The position numbers were made by a program, and so were the translations under genes. The notes under the pieces are model-generated. The model was not told the origin of the DNA. It made no database searches and saw only the letters and a list, made by a program, of their open reading frames with translations. This document shows positions 1-12,249 of a stretch of DNA of 64,000 bases, piece by piece. Origin of the DNA: Eledone cirrhosa (Eukaryota); the NCBI GenBank assembly GCA_964016885.1, contig OZ024753.1, positions 27,342,001-27,406,000 of the forward strand, read 5' to 3'. The first letter of the stretch is position 1; every line of letters begins with the position of its first letter.

Positions 1-159
1 GCGCCGCTAAAGTCCACTGCAGGTTACTCCTCTTCCACGTGCGTCCAACTGCTTAACACCGGGAGCTGCCCAAAACTCGCGTCCACAACGTGTGCTGGTC
101 ACTACTAAAGAGAGGCCCTCTGCTGGCCCTTCCGGTCGAGCATCCTTCCGGCCAAAAGA

Positions 160-303
160 CCCTTCCGGTCGAGCACTCCCCCGCCTTCGGCCACCGCACG
201 CCACACACCCTTCCGGTCGAGCACTCCCCCGCCTTCGGCCACCGCACGCCACACACCCTTCCGGTCGAGCACTCCCCCGCCTCCGGCCACCGCACGCCAC
301 ACC
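160..303. repeat. GC-rich 48-bp tandem repeat, 3 copies
   Basis: CCCTTCCGGTCGAGCACTCCCCCGCC... recurs at 160, 208 and 256; partial copy at 127. Confidence 0.9.
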
Positions 304-379
304 ATACCCACAGTTTGTTCGAGTATGGTCTGCGGTATTCATTAGGTTCACATACGTTTGTTCATACTCCGTGCCCACC

Positions 380-630
380 GGGATGTTATGGTTCGGGCAG
401 GAAGACCCAGTTCGTAGTTTTCATGTCACAGTCGCCTCCCATGCAAAATACGACGCCTGTACCCGGTGTTTACAATTAATAACTGATTCTGCTCGGCTGT
501 TTAAGAGCTCCTGGGGTGTTCTTATGATTTAGTACAGCTCCATGAGGCAGAGCTGGCATTTCCCCCTGAAGTTGTAGGGTGCAGCCCTACTGACAATATT
601 CCAGTGTGTGGAGAAGCTGATGTTCGCGTC
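380..630 (-). mobile_element. Possible degenerate LTR-retrotransposon integrase remnant
   Basis: Minus-strand fragments WNIVSRAAPYNFRGNA and AVLNHKNTP resemble the W.I.H....PY.P..NG and A.L.YRNTP integrase motifs. Confidence 0.3.
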
Positions 631-686
631 TTGCAATGTATAATATATATATATTAGTCTACAATGCTATTGTAGACGATGAAGAA

Positions 687-737
<51 letters not shown>

Positions 738-742
<5 letters not shown>

Positions 743-1477
743 CGGCGGCGAAGATTCGAAACCGAATCTGAGCTTTCCCGCCTCTGGGACAAGCCGTGGT
801 AAGTTGTTTACGCTCAAGATACTAACCCCTTGGGAGAAGCTAAACACAGGTCAGAGGTGTTTACGCCTGACAGAAAATAAGTCAGAGGATATATCCATCT
901 TTCTGACTTGTTTACGCTTGGCAAACTAATCCCTTGGGAGACTAACCGAAGTTCAGAGGATATATCTAACCTTCTAACTTCAACTTTTATAAATACAGGG
1001 GTTGTTTACGCACCGACAGAAAAGGGGTGATATACAGACAAGACAAGTCGCATTTACAAGCTCTCGTCACGAAAAACCAGTCTGCCCCTTATTCTCATCT
1101 TCCTGGCTGATCGCTGACTCCTACTACTAAAACAAGCAAATATACTGATACGCACACCCGCATCATAGTGAGTCACACTGTTTGTATTTTTACACGCACC
1201 ATTTCTGTTTATACATATTGTATCTTTCTGATACAGCACAAATTATATTATAATCGTATTCTGTGATACTTGAATTTACGTGGCTCGAAGAGCCACCAAA
1301 TTATTGTATGAATATTTTGTGTTATTGATTTTATCATTCAATATTCAAATTGAATATTGTTATAATAAAATAAACTTTGTAACAACACAATCCTGGTATT
1401 GCTTTACATCGAAACCACCATACCAACAGTTACATCCATCCACTTATCGTTACAACCACACATAATATTCCGTTACA
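738..1477 (+). mobile_element. Probable solo LTR inserted in (AT)n
   Basis: Termini TATAACGG...CCGTTACA (degenerate TG...CA inverted ends), TATAAATA at about 988, AATAAA at about 1364, internal short repeats. Confidence 0.5.
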
Positions 1478-1791
1478 CATATATATATATACATTTACAA
1501 TTTTCTTCATCGTCTACAATAACATTGCAGAAAGAATCAGTAGTAGAGATAGAACTAGAGTTTTGCGTTCGTGTTTTCATGTTTGCAAGGGTTGGATGAA
1601 GTGTAGAGCTTATCCCGTTTCCATGAGTGTTAAGAGACTGGGAGTACAGACCGTTGAAGTATGAACTGCCAGTTGCTACTGGTATTCATTTTAAGCTGCG
1701 TGAACTCGAGCAACGTGAAATGAAGTGCTTTGATCAAGAACACAACCTGATTTGGAATATGTACAACAAAGAGATAATAAAATCTTCTTAC

Positions 1792-1950
1792 ATTATTCAT
1801 TCTAAATCCTATGTCCATTGTATCGTTCGTCTTAACGGGATCTGGCAGTTTTACTTGAAGCAGATACAGACTTCTTACGCCATTCGGTTTGAAATTGACA
1901 CTTATAACATCTTTCTCGCTCCAGCCCCACAGTACTCTCATTGTGTTTTG
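1792..1950 (-). CDS. MOXD1: Copy A exon 3 (QNTMRVLWGW...DIGFRMNN); gene presumably continues beyond the left edge
   Basis: GCAG/GTAAGA, 159 nt; 37/53 aa identical to copy B exon 3; no exon 4 found in 1-1790. Confidence 0.88.
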
Positions 1951-2639
1951 CTGCAAAAGACAATAAAAAAAAACTCATCATCATCATCGTCATCATCATC
2001 AACAACAACAACCTCATCAACAGCACCATTACATTAATAACATCAAAATAAACCACATCAAAATCAACGTGGACAACAATTTTAACGTAAGAGAACTTGC
2101 GGTAATTCGTCCGGTAAAAATAGCTTCTAAGTCTTGTTTCTACCATCACTCGAAACGCAAGAAATAAAATAGCATTTGAAATATATTTCAAATAAAGTAT
2201 AAAAAAATGGAACGGCATGTGAGAAAGCAAAAGGCTGTAACTAAACACCAAGATATATGTTGTTCGATGCACTATAGATTCTATTAAATTATAAATAAAA
2301 CAGCAATAAAAGAAAAAGTACGCAATACAGATACTTGAAATCATGCAGCAGAAATATAACAGAAATTAATCATTTATGGTATGTTCTTGCAATAAGGAAT
2401 GAAATTTAAATACACGTTGGTGTGGATGCACTGATTGTCGTACGCAGAATGCTTCATGGATTGAAATGTGTCAGTTTGTTGAGGATAGTAAACTAACTCA
2501 TATAATTAATCGGTAATAACTCAGAAATTAGAAGGAAAATATTATCAAGATAAAATAGTAACAAATAGAATGGAGGCCCAGCGACTGGGGAACAATCCAC
2601 AAATGAAAAGAAATAGTAGGAAACCTGACATTACCAAGA

Positions 2640-2830
2640 AATTAAAAACTAATTTCCGCGGAAATGGTTTTGCGGTATTGTCCGCGGGGCGCAGCCCCAA
2701 CACCGACGCGCACTAGGCCTACAGCCCCTCACCTTCCCATTCTTATGTGACCCCAGAGCCCTTGCCTTTCCCTTCAATTTCCGTTTTTAAATACCTGTAG
2801 TGTTGTTTTTGTTATTTGAAATAGATTTGT
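2640..2830 (+). repeat. Dispersed repeat; inverted copies at about 6830-7000 and 16700-16860
   Basis: Shared GGGGCGCAGCCCCAACA...AGAGCCCTTGCCTTTCC segment. Confidence 0.6.
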
Positions 2831-3085
2831 TTTTTAATTTTTTATTTATAAAATAGACAATATATACCACATTAAAAAGGTACTTCTCAAACTGGAGAGG
2901 AAATGGGATCTTTAATAATGGGCTGAAGCATGAACCTTAAATTTTACCATACTTTTAGTTTTGTGTTGCTAACGAATGTCATGAGATTTTGGTTTCCATT
3001 CTCATTATTCAGTATATCAACACATACATAATTCATTTTAAGCCATGCCTTTGGCTTATATATTTGTATAAAATATAATACTTAC

Positions 3086-3229
3086 TGTAATGTTTATCAT
3101 CATATTTGGTCCAGAGATTTTTCTAGAGAACGTCAATATTGTCTTCGTATCAGTTTCATTGAAATACATTAGATGCCATTTACTGGGGTCTTCTTTCTTC
3201 AGTTTCCCATCAGCATCACCATAGTAGTT
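3086..3229 (-). CDS. MOXD1: Copy A exon 2
   Basis: TTTCAG/GTAAGT, 144 nt; 46/48 aa identical to copy B. Confidence 0.9.
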
Positions 3230-3324
3230 CTGAAATAAGATGAACAAATATATATATCTAAGTGTATAATATGAAAATTGTGTGTTTTTTATTAAAATCA
3301 TTCCTATATTACATGTGTAGATAA

Positions 3325-3446
3325 GACGGAGAATTGGCAGAGTCGTTAGAGTGACGGATTAAAAATGGCTTGGGTTTGTTCCGGTTAAAACTTGCCTTCC
3401 ACCCCCTTTCGAGGTTGATAAATAAATTACAAGTCGAGTACTAGGG
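3325..3446 (+). mobile_element. tRNA-derived SINE, degenerate
   Basis: TGGCAGAGTCGTTAGAG A-box-like head and GCCTTCCA..TTCGAGGTTGATAAAATAA core. Confidence 0.6.
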
Positions 3447-3582
3447 TAAAGTCTTCCTCCCTCCGTCTCTCCCATTGTTTACCATCTCCTCTACCCAGTT
3501 ATTTTTTTTAGTTTTTTGTATAGATGTTTTATTATAGCACGTACATATGTGTATGCATTTATATGGTATGAACAGGCATATT

Positions 3583-3656
<74 letters not shown>

Positions 3657-3899
3657 GGTATTTGTACTTGTGCACGGCAAATGGCCATATATATGTATGT
3701 GTTATGCACAGGTGGGTGAAAATACTGCTCTCTCCCTCTCAGCCCCCCCCCTCTCTATATTATGTACAAAGTAAGGTGTTATTTTGTATGTTAATGCTAA
3801 CAATGCAATACATTTAAAAGGTTAATAAAAATCAATTCAATGCATTTTGTTTATAACAATTCAATTAAATTCGGGTTGATGTGAAATGACTTAACTTAC

Positions 3900-4151
3900 C
3901 GAAGAACTAGCTTGATCGCCAGAAACTTCAGCAACGAAAACATCGGCATTTTTCAAACTTCCATCCATTGACAACCCTAGTGCTACATAACCCAGGGCTT
4001 TCACTTCAGTGTGGAATTGTATGTGAGTTTCATTAAATTTGCATGAAAGATGATAAGTTTTGTTGGGATCCAGATAAAGAGAGTGGAAATAATCATCCGC
4101 CAAGGTACACAAAGCAGGAGAGAAGAGAGTAAATACAAGAAGGTATAACAT
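3900..4151 (-). CDS. MOXD1: DBH-like monooxygenase copy A, coding exon 1
   Basis: 252 nt, ATG at 4151, GTAAGT donor; 80/84 aa identical to copy B exon 1. Confidence 0.9.
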
Positions 4152-4494
4152 TATGACACCAGTATAGTACTTTTACTCGAGAGAGATTGATAGCTTTCAA
4201 AGTATATTAGACGTGGTCTGAACAGGTTCCCGTAAAGAAATAGAAATTGATAATCAGCTGTGGTCTATATAAATACACTTAAATTTATAAATTCTTCTCG
4301 TGACTACGTCATTATCATGTGATTTACAATTGTATAGCGAGTTGATCAATGTGAATTTACATGATAGGTATGACGCTAAAGGTATATCTTGGATATGTAT
4401 GTATGCATGTATGTATGTATGAACAGGGCGGAGAAACTCAATAGAGTCAACGGCTATCCAAATACTGTGTACGTGTGTGTATGTGTGAATAAAT

Positions 4495-4525
<31 letters not shown>

Positions 4526-4902
4526 ATTATGTAATAAACAACATAAAACAATTATTCCATTTACCAAAGGTTTCACGAAGACAGACGAGCTCGACACAGA
4601 CGTCTGAAATCGCTCATCAGAATAAAAAAATTTTAATATGGACGTAAGATATGAATTTAAAAACAAAGGCTAAAACAATTGAAAGTGAGGCTGATATATA
4701 TAATATAAAATAAAATAACGGGGGAAAATAGAACGTAAGGTTATGGGGGAAAACGTTTATGTATACATTTTTTAAAATCTTTAAATCTTTCGTCTGTTGC
4801 ATATCCTCGGATGTACAAGAGTGTGCTTTTGTATATACATTTTAATTTTTGTGTATGTATGTGTGTGTGTATATATGTGTGTGTGTATATATATATATAT
4901 AT

Positions 4903-5084
4903 ATAGGAAAAAGTATGACCCCGACGGCAGAGCTCAAGCCGTTTCGACGGCTATTTCTGGACTCAAATAAACGGCTTGAGCTCTGCCTTCGGGGTCATAC
5001 TTTTTCCTATTTCCCACTCTACTACCCTAAGTATTGAGTACTCTGGTGCGTTATGGTCCATCTGATTCCTTACCACAATTCCTT

Positions 5085-5092
<8 letters not shown>
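4903..5092. mobile_element. Hairpin-forming short element in (AT)n; related copy at 25035-25238 in opposite orientation
   Basis: TAGGAAAAAGTATGACCCCG...CGGGGTCATACTTTTTCCTA palindrome followed by a tail shared with 25040-25125. Confidence 0.7.
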
Positions 5093-5120
<28 letters not shown>

Positions 5121-5122
<2 letters not shown>

Positions 5123-6421
5123 TCCGACCCCAACTCTGTTTTCCTTATATTTTACGATAGTATTTCTCATAGCATCCAGGAAAAATTGTTCGCATGGAGT
5201 TTACATCAGGTATCGCACTTTAGAAAGGTTGTTCAACATCAGGCGCTTTGGTGCAAGTACGAAGGTATGCGAGAGTATTTGTTTGCAGATACTGCGATCT
5301 TTTTGCACACTCACAAAGTGACATGCAACGTATTATGAACTCTTTTTCTGAAGCTTGCAGCACTTTCGGCCTCACAATAAGCTTGGAAAAGACTGTTGTG
5401 ATGTATCAGCCAGCACCCGAGAAAGAAAACACTACACCAAGTGTGTACGTGTACGGAAAGAGGCTAAAAGTTGCTGACAAGTTTGTTTATCTTGGTAGTA
5501 CGTTGAACAATTCATGCACACTTGATGATGAAATATCCTTAAGAAACAAGAAAGCTAGTGATGCTTTTGGACAGCTGCATGAAATTTTATGGTCCAGAGG
5601 AGGTATCACCATTGAAACCAAAGTAAAAGTGTATCTGACTTGTTTTGTCTCCTCTTGCTTTATGATTGTGAAACGTGGGTCACATACAGAAAGCACCTCA
5701 AGTAACTGGAGAGGTTTCACCAACAATCTATTCGTAAGATACTTGGGGTACGATGGAAAATATTCGTCAGTTATTTGGAAGTTCTTGAAGGGAGCAGGTG
5801 TATGACTGTAGAATGCGTGATCTTTCGGCATCGGTTGAGGCGTTGCATTCATGTGGTCCGGATGTCTGATGATCGTATTCCAAAGCAACTTATCTACGGA
5901 GAACTGTGTGAAGGAAGGCGACAATCACACAGGGGCACCTTGGCTTGCGCTGGAATTTCATCTGACGAATGGGAGAAAATGGCTGAGGAGCGTGTTAAGT
6001 GGAGACGTTTGATCAAGTCAGGAAGTGAACACTTTGAAACTCGTCGAAGATGAAGTTGAGGAAAAGGGACTTTTTTGAACTGCCTGCTGTTGAGCAAAAT
6101 CTGGCTTACCTGCATTGGGGTCGAGTCTGCCTTAGTAAAGCTGGTTTGACTAGACACGAACAAAGTCATATCAGTAGACCTCATGTAGATTATGATCTGA
6201 AAAGGTGTCAGGAATGTGGCAAGGAATGTGCAAGCATGGCAGGACTTAAAAGACATGAGAACACACAGTCAGAACCAAGCAGTGGAAAGTCCCAGGGGTG
6301 CCTACAATTGTCATGTATGTGCCAGAGGGTCCAAGTCTTTGGCTGGTTTAAAGAGCTACATTCGTGCCTCACATTTTTTAGCATTTTATCAGGTGATAGC
6401 AATGCGGCCATCATGTATGTA

Positions 6422-6425
<4 letters not shown>
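5121..6425 (+). mobile_element. RTE-clade LINE, 5'-truncated, degenerate RT plus C-terminal C2H2 fingers
   Basis: PTLFSLYF, FGLTISLEKT, FVYLGSTL, RIPKQLIYGEL, CQECGKEC...H; (ATGT)n tail. Confidence 0.88.
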
Positions 6426-6465
<40 letters not shown>

Positions 6466-7149
6466 TGTGTGTGCATGTGTGCTTGAGTTCATGTATATAA
6501 ATATTTATGCTGATGTGATGGACTTATCTTTGTTCATGACTTCTGGCCTAATTCTGAACGGATTCGAATATTCACCCAATTTAGAAGCCATATGGGAAAA
6601 ACAATTTAATTTTGTTTATACTATTTGCAACTGGACGATTAAAATAAATACAGGTTACTATGTGTGGGGTGACACCTTTGTATGCTTCTGCTTCCAAATG
6701 GGTTCAATTTGTCAAACTAGTTATTTAAGTGCAAAATACAGGGAATATAACAGCAAATAATTGACATTAACAACTTTAGTGGAAAGAAAACTTGTTTATA
6801 AAGAGAAAAATAATTTGATGGAATGTGAAATAAGAAAATGTAAAGAAAAACGAAAAAGGAAAGGCAAGGGCTCTAGTGTCACAGAAGAATGGGGAGAGGA
6901 GGGGGAATTGGGCTCTTGGTCTAGGTCGCAGTGTTAATGGGGCTGCGCCCCGCGGGCAGGACCGCAAAAGCGTTCCCGTGGACAATGGCCAGCGATACCC
7001 ATTGCAACAGCCAGCCCACCTCATGGGTCTCTTTCCTCAGACGGGCCGTCGACGTTCCGATATTGCAGAGGGGCTCAGCAATACGTGGTCTAAGTACGCC
7101 TGAGGTCTCGACGGTGACTAATTGAGGATAGTTTGTCATACTTAATTTC

Positions 7150-7472
7150 AACTTCGTTTGTATCCAATGATATAAAACAGTCCTTTTCGGGGCAAGTGCA
7201 TTCGATGTTCAGAGAGTGGGGTTGGCCCCGGGCAAAGCCTTTCCTTCAAGCCCAGGCATTGCTTGAAATGTGACATTTTTTGCGATGCATGGTATCGCTG
7301 ACCATAGGCAAGTCCCTAGCATAACTAAAAAGCCACGTCCATGATACTCATGCTTATGTATCAAGCGATGGCATTACTCAAAATCGAGTTGCAGCCACCA
7401 GGTATGTGTGTGTATGTATGTATGTATGTATGTATGTATGTATGTATGTATGTATGTATGTATGTATGTATG
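7150..7472 (+). mobile_element. SINE-like element with RTE-type 3' tail and (ATGT)n
   Basis: Similar to 34850-35215 and 35758-36100; ends TACTCAAAATCGAGTTGCAGCCACC+(TATG)n. Confidence 0.55.
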
Positions 7473-7811
7473 TTTGTGAGTCAACGACCATCCAATAAAG
7501 TTGTTTTTTTTTTGTGGAGCGAGAGACTCCTAGTCTTCATTAAGAGAAAGTCACTCTGATATAAAACCTGCGATTGCATCTAATGATGTAGACGAGTTCT
7601 ACTTTTTGGCCGCTTGTATTTGCGATCGTATTCTTTCGGCCATTAACCAAGATTCATGACCTATGTTTGAAAATCAAAAACAAACAGGGTGGGCACGGCT
7701 GAAACGTGTTCGATCATAGGAAGACCTAGTTAAACAACAACAATGGGATAATTATAGTCTTGATCATGCGTCTTCTGGATCAGGAATGACTTAAGGGTAA
7801 ACAATAATGAT

Positions 7812-7965
7812 TTCTACTTTAGGGCACAAGGAAACTAATTTGAGGAATAGGAAAGTCAATTACATCGACCTCAGTATTTGACTGGTACATTATTTTATTG
7901 ACCTCGGACGGATGAAATGCAAAGGTGACTTCTACGGCGTGATTTGAAATCAGAATGTAGAATGG
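7812..7965 (-). mobile_element. tRNA-derived SINE
   Basis: TTTCTACT..GGCACAAG...ACTGGTAC.TTATTTTAT.GACC..GGATGAAA consensus. Confidence 0.75.
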
Positions 7966-8159
7966 CGCCAGTTGTTACACCTGACTTCTCGTGACGAATT
8001 CGTTTTCTCACAAAACGCCGTGCAATACCTTCAGTTTAAATATCACATGTTTTCCAACGTGTACTTATTCGTATGACTCATTTGAATAAGCATTTTAAAA
8101 TGTCTTCTTTCTTTTATTCCTTATTCTTATTTCTATTCAGTCATAAAATAGTCAATAGA

Positions 8160-8836
8160 ACCGTGTATGTGCGAGCAGGAGATTGAAACCATTTTGCACA
8201 CAATTGTAAACTGCTGCTCGAGTGTAACGGACCTGTGGAATCACGCAGAACAACTGCTGTCACGTATGGGACAAATCCAGTTGACTGCCGAGTCCATAGT
8301 AAGGATCAAACCGCCAACTTCTTTCAAAAACGAAAGAGAGGCGGGTTTTCCTCTGTATAGTGGCTATGGTAAAAGAGATTATATGGTGGACGAGATTGAG
8401 AGGACTGAGGACAGATGCCTTTCTCTCCGGACAACAACTCATTCCCTTCTTTAGGTACCACTTTAGAAGGAGAATCAGAGTGGAGAGAGAGGCACTGCAC
8501 CCCAGTAAATTTACTGAAAGGTGGGTGAATGTAGCAAAAATGGCCCGCGTGATTGGGCCTTCTCTGTATATAAACCTGTAGGTTGAAGATGAGAGCAAAA
8601 GGAGGAAAGGAGCACTCGCACAACACGCTCCTGAAGTTTAGAGTTGTTCTATCTACGGGGTATTAAACAACCCATTTGTAACGCCTCCCCCATTATTGGG
8701 GATTTCGATTGTTGAATTTGTTTGTTTCAATATTTTACACGACTGTATGTAAAATCCTCGGCATATGTCCTTGTATTGTCCCCGTTTCTTGTGCGCTCTT
8801 ATGGCAAATAAAGAAATATATCTATCTATCTATCCA
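8160..8836 (+). mobile_element. L1/Tx1-like LINE 3' fragment (zf-RVT region) with (TATC)n tail
   Basis: C..C..E.ET..H...C remnant; KEIIWWTR; AATAAAGAAATA(TATC)n end. Confidence 0.75.
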
Positions 8837-9763
8837 TCTGGTACGCAGCAGGTGCGACGACACCCTCGGAGAAGCCCTAGGCATGGAGGAAGACGAACTG
8901 GCCAGCCTGTTCGATAGGACATTTAGCCCAGGACCCATGGACAACTTCCAGAGGTCCCTGGTTTGGCAGTGCTACCGAGGGGCTCTGCCCGTTCGAGAAA
9001 AGCCCTACAGACACGGGCGCCCGGGTAGGGACCCCTCGAAAAAGATCTGTCCCAGATGCGTGCGCGACGAGGAAACCATCGTGCATGCATTGGTACACTG
9101 CCCGGGCGTCGCCGATCTGTGGGGCTATGTCGAACGACTGCTGTCACGGGTGGGACCTACCGGTGACCACCGAGTCCATTATAACGATCAAGCTACCTCC
9201 CCCCTTCAAAAATGAAGGAGAGGCGGTGTTTCTGTGCGTAATAGCCATGGTGAAAGAGGTTGTATGGTGGACGCGTTTGAAAGGACTGCGGTTAAACACC
9301 TTTTCTCTCTGGCCTACAACTGGTCCTTTTCTTCCGATATCATTTCGGAAGAAGAATCGGGATGGAGAGAGAGGTGTTCGACCCCAGCCAGTTTTATGAA
9401 AGGTGGGTGAAAGTGGCGAGAATGGCTCGTGTGAATGGGCCTTCTCTCTATATCAGCCTGTAGGTGAAAAAGATGGAAGAACAAGGGAGCACCCTCTCTC
9501 TGTTCTCCTGGGGAGAAGGGTTGCACACTTTTTCGGGGGTGTGTGCGACCCCCAAAAACGCCGCTTCCCTATTGAGGACTTTATTGTTAATTTTATATTT
9601 GTTATTTGTTTTTTTTTACTCGTTCTTTTGTGTAACCTCCCCCCTTTGTATTTGTCCCCTTCTTTTGCGCCCTCGTGGCAATAAATAGAAACATATCTAT
9701 CTATCTATCTGTCTGTTGTGCCCTCGTGGCAAATAAATAGAAACTTATCTATCTGTCTGTCTG

Positions 9764-9765
<2 letters not shown>
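8837..9765 (+). mobile_element. Second L1/Tx1-like LINE 3' fragment, directly behind the first
   Basis: LVWQCYRGALPVRE...CPRC..DEETIVHALVHCP; same tail. Confidence 0.8.
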
Positions 9766-9828
<63 letters not shown>

Positions 9829-9847
9829 ATATATATATATATATATA

Positions 9848-10651
9848 TGAACTTATATTCATTGAATTCAGGGACTTGACTCCTTCCTCACTTTTCGTTG
9901 CATTACCATCTTTGATTGTTTACAGTCTCGCTCGTTCCCCTTATTTATTTAAAGCGATGAAATACCAATGAAGGTTGGAAGATCACTGATGAAGGACTAA
10001 CTTTATTCATATGTAACCCATTTGCAACCACGCAGCACGTTTTGTTTACATATTCACACATATTTTCCTCCGCTGTAACCCGTCTATTTCATTCTTACTG
10101 TTTCCTCTTTCTCTGTATCTTTCACCTCCCTTTACCCTCTCTAACAGTCACTATCTCTGTTAGCCTCTTCCTCACCCTTCACTTACTCTCTGCTACTCCC
10201 TCTCCTACTTCCTCCCGTTTGACCTGTGCGTAATTCTTTTCTCGCGCACACTTGACCAGGTTGGTTGTTCCTTTTTTTCTCTCTTGTCTACGATTTCACA
10301 GAACTTACGTTCACCGAATCCAGGGACTAGACTCCTTCTTCCTCCCGTTTGACCTGTGCGGAATTCCTTCCTTGCTCACATTTCGACTAGGTTTGATAGT
10401 CTTTATTCTCTCTCGTCCACGATTTCACAGAACTTATATTCATTGAATTCAGGGACTTGACTCCTTCTTCCTCACTTTTCGTTGCATTACCATCTTTGAT
10501 TGTTTACAGTCTCGCTCGTTCCCCTTATTTATGTATCCCAACGACTTTCTTTAGCCGTTGCTCGCACCAACGGGAGGTATATGGTCTTTAAAGCGATGAA
10601 ATGCCAATGAAGGTTGGAAGATCACTGATGAAGGACTAACTTTATTCATAT
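9848..10651 (+). mobile_element. Partial-tandem non-coding element between (AT)n tracts (pseudo-LTR-like)
   Basis: 9848-10011 repeated at about 10430-10651; each repeat ends near CACTGATGAAGG. Confidence 0.55.
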
Positions 10652-10665
10652 ATATATATATATAT

Positions 10666-11535
10666 AATTAAATGTATATATTGAGTTAGGAACTCAAAAT
10701 AGCTCTAAGAAAAGATTTTCTGAGCCGTATATTATAATAGAATATAAAGGAAAAGGGAACACAGATATATAGATATATGTGTTCAAATCGTAAGGGACCT
10801 GATTTGCTAAGGTGAAAAGAATATTAACTATAGACATTTGGGTTCGCTTGTCTCAATTTAAGAAAAAATTAAGAAAATAAATACAAACCGGAATTGTGGT
10901 AACTACCAATCACCTAGACAACTTGTTGTTTCGCAAAGTTAATTGTGAATAGAAATACTAATCCAAGCTCATCAGTGGGTGATGAATTAGTATCCTAGAC
11001 ACATCTATGTATGCTATATATAAAAAATAAAACAGCGCACATGGCATCCTAGCGAGTCTCACAAACCCACACCACTAGAAATAGCAGCCAGGCTTACTCG
11101 ACATTTGAAATAGCGCAACAAATTAACGGAGCAGAATATATTAAATGTATATATTAAGTTAGGAACTCAAAATAGTCTCTTACAACAAAATAGCTCTAAG
11201 AAAAGATATTTCTGAGCCGTATATTATAATAGAATATAAAAGAAAAGCGAAACAGATATATAGATATATGTGTTCAAATCGTAAGGGACCTGATTCGCTA
11301 AGGTGAAAAGAATATTAACTATAGACATTTGGGTTCGCTTGTCTCAATTGTCTGGGTGATTGGTAGTTACCATAATTCTGGTTTGATTTATTTTCTTAAT
11401 TTTTTCTTAAATTGAGACAAGCGAACCCAAATGTCTATAGTTAATATTCTTTTCACCTTAGCGAATCAGGTCCCTTACGATTTGAACACATATATCTATA
11501 TATCTCTGTTCGCTTTTCTTTTATATTCTATTATA
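10666..11535 (-). mobile_element. Hammerhead-bearing non-coding element: about 475-bp unit, partial direct repeat, then inverted segment
   Basis: 10666-10858 repeated at 11140-11349; 11350-11535 is the reverse complement of about 10730-10919. Confidence 0.8.
10909..10983 (-). ncRNA. Type I hammerhead ribozyme
   Basis: Minus strand: ATCACCCA-CTGATGA-GC...GC-GAAA-CAACAAGTTG-TC^TAGGTGAT; stem I 7/8 bp, stem III ACAAC/GTTGT, GUC triplet. Confidence 0.75.
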
Positions 11536-11586
11536 TATATATATAATGTGTGTGTGTGTATATATAGTATATATATATATATATAA

Positions 11587-11644
<58 letters not shown>

Positions 11645-11647
<3 letters not shown>

Positions 11648-11850
11648 TCCTCATCATCACCATCATCATTTTACGCCTGATGCTCCATCTTGCATGGGTT
11701 GGACGGTTCCTTCTCAGTACAGCATCTCTCCACTTGTCGAGTTCCTTTGTCATCTTCTCCGGCTTAGCGATCTGAGGTCAGCTTTTACCACTTCCATACA
11801 GGTCTTCCTTGGTCTTCCTCCACTGTGGCTTCCTTCCACTGGGATTACTT
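11645..11850 (-). mobile_element. RTE-like LINE 3' end with (ATG)n tail
   Basis: GRPRKTCMEVVKADL; WRDAV. Confidence 0.65.
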
Positions 11851-12136
11851 GGCCAGTGGTGTCACGAACTGACTGTCTCGTTGTTGGAACAAGTGGAACA
11901 CTCGTCGTCGAAGTTTGTTTACAACAGAAAATCACATTTTGTGTGAATATGTTCGAATCTCCTAAACACACCCTATCGTTCATTATTGAGGTCATGAATG
12001 AATGAGAAATGTTTTATTTGTTATTTTCTATGAAAGACACGCTACCAAATGTAATATAAGATTTATGTGAGAATTGTTTGTGTAATATTCCTTTATTTTT
12101 TCTTAGTCACAAACTGAGTTTCTCTTGATTTATTTA

Positions 12137-12249
<113 letters not shown>

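Noticed and set aside
7-532. Overlapping repetitive ORFs
   Set aside because: Produced by a GC-rich 48-bp tandem repeat; no recognisable protein
1-1790. Exon 4 of copy A
   Set aside because: No TTYWC-like exon found by eye; presumably outside the window
6050-6760. Host C2H2 zinc-finger gene
   Set aside because: Fingers are the C-terminus of the RTE LINE; the ORF runs on into microsatellite
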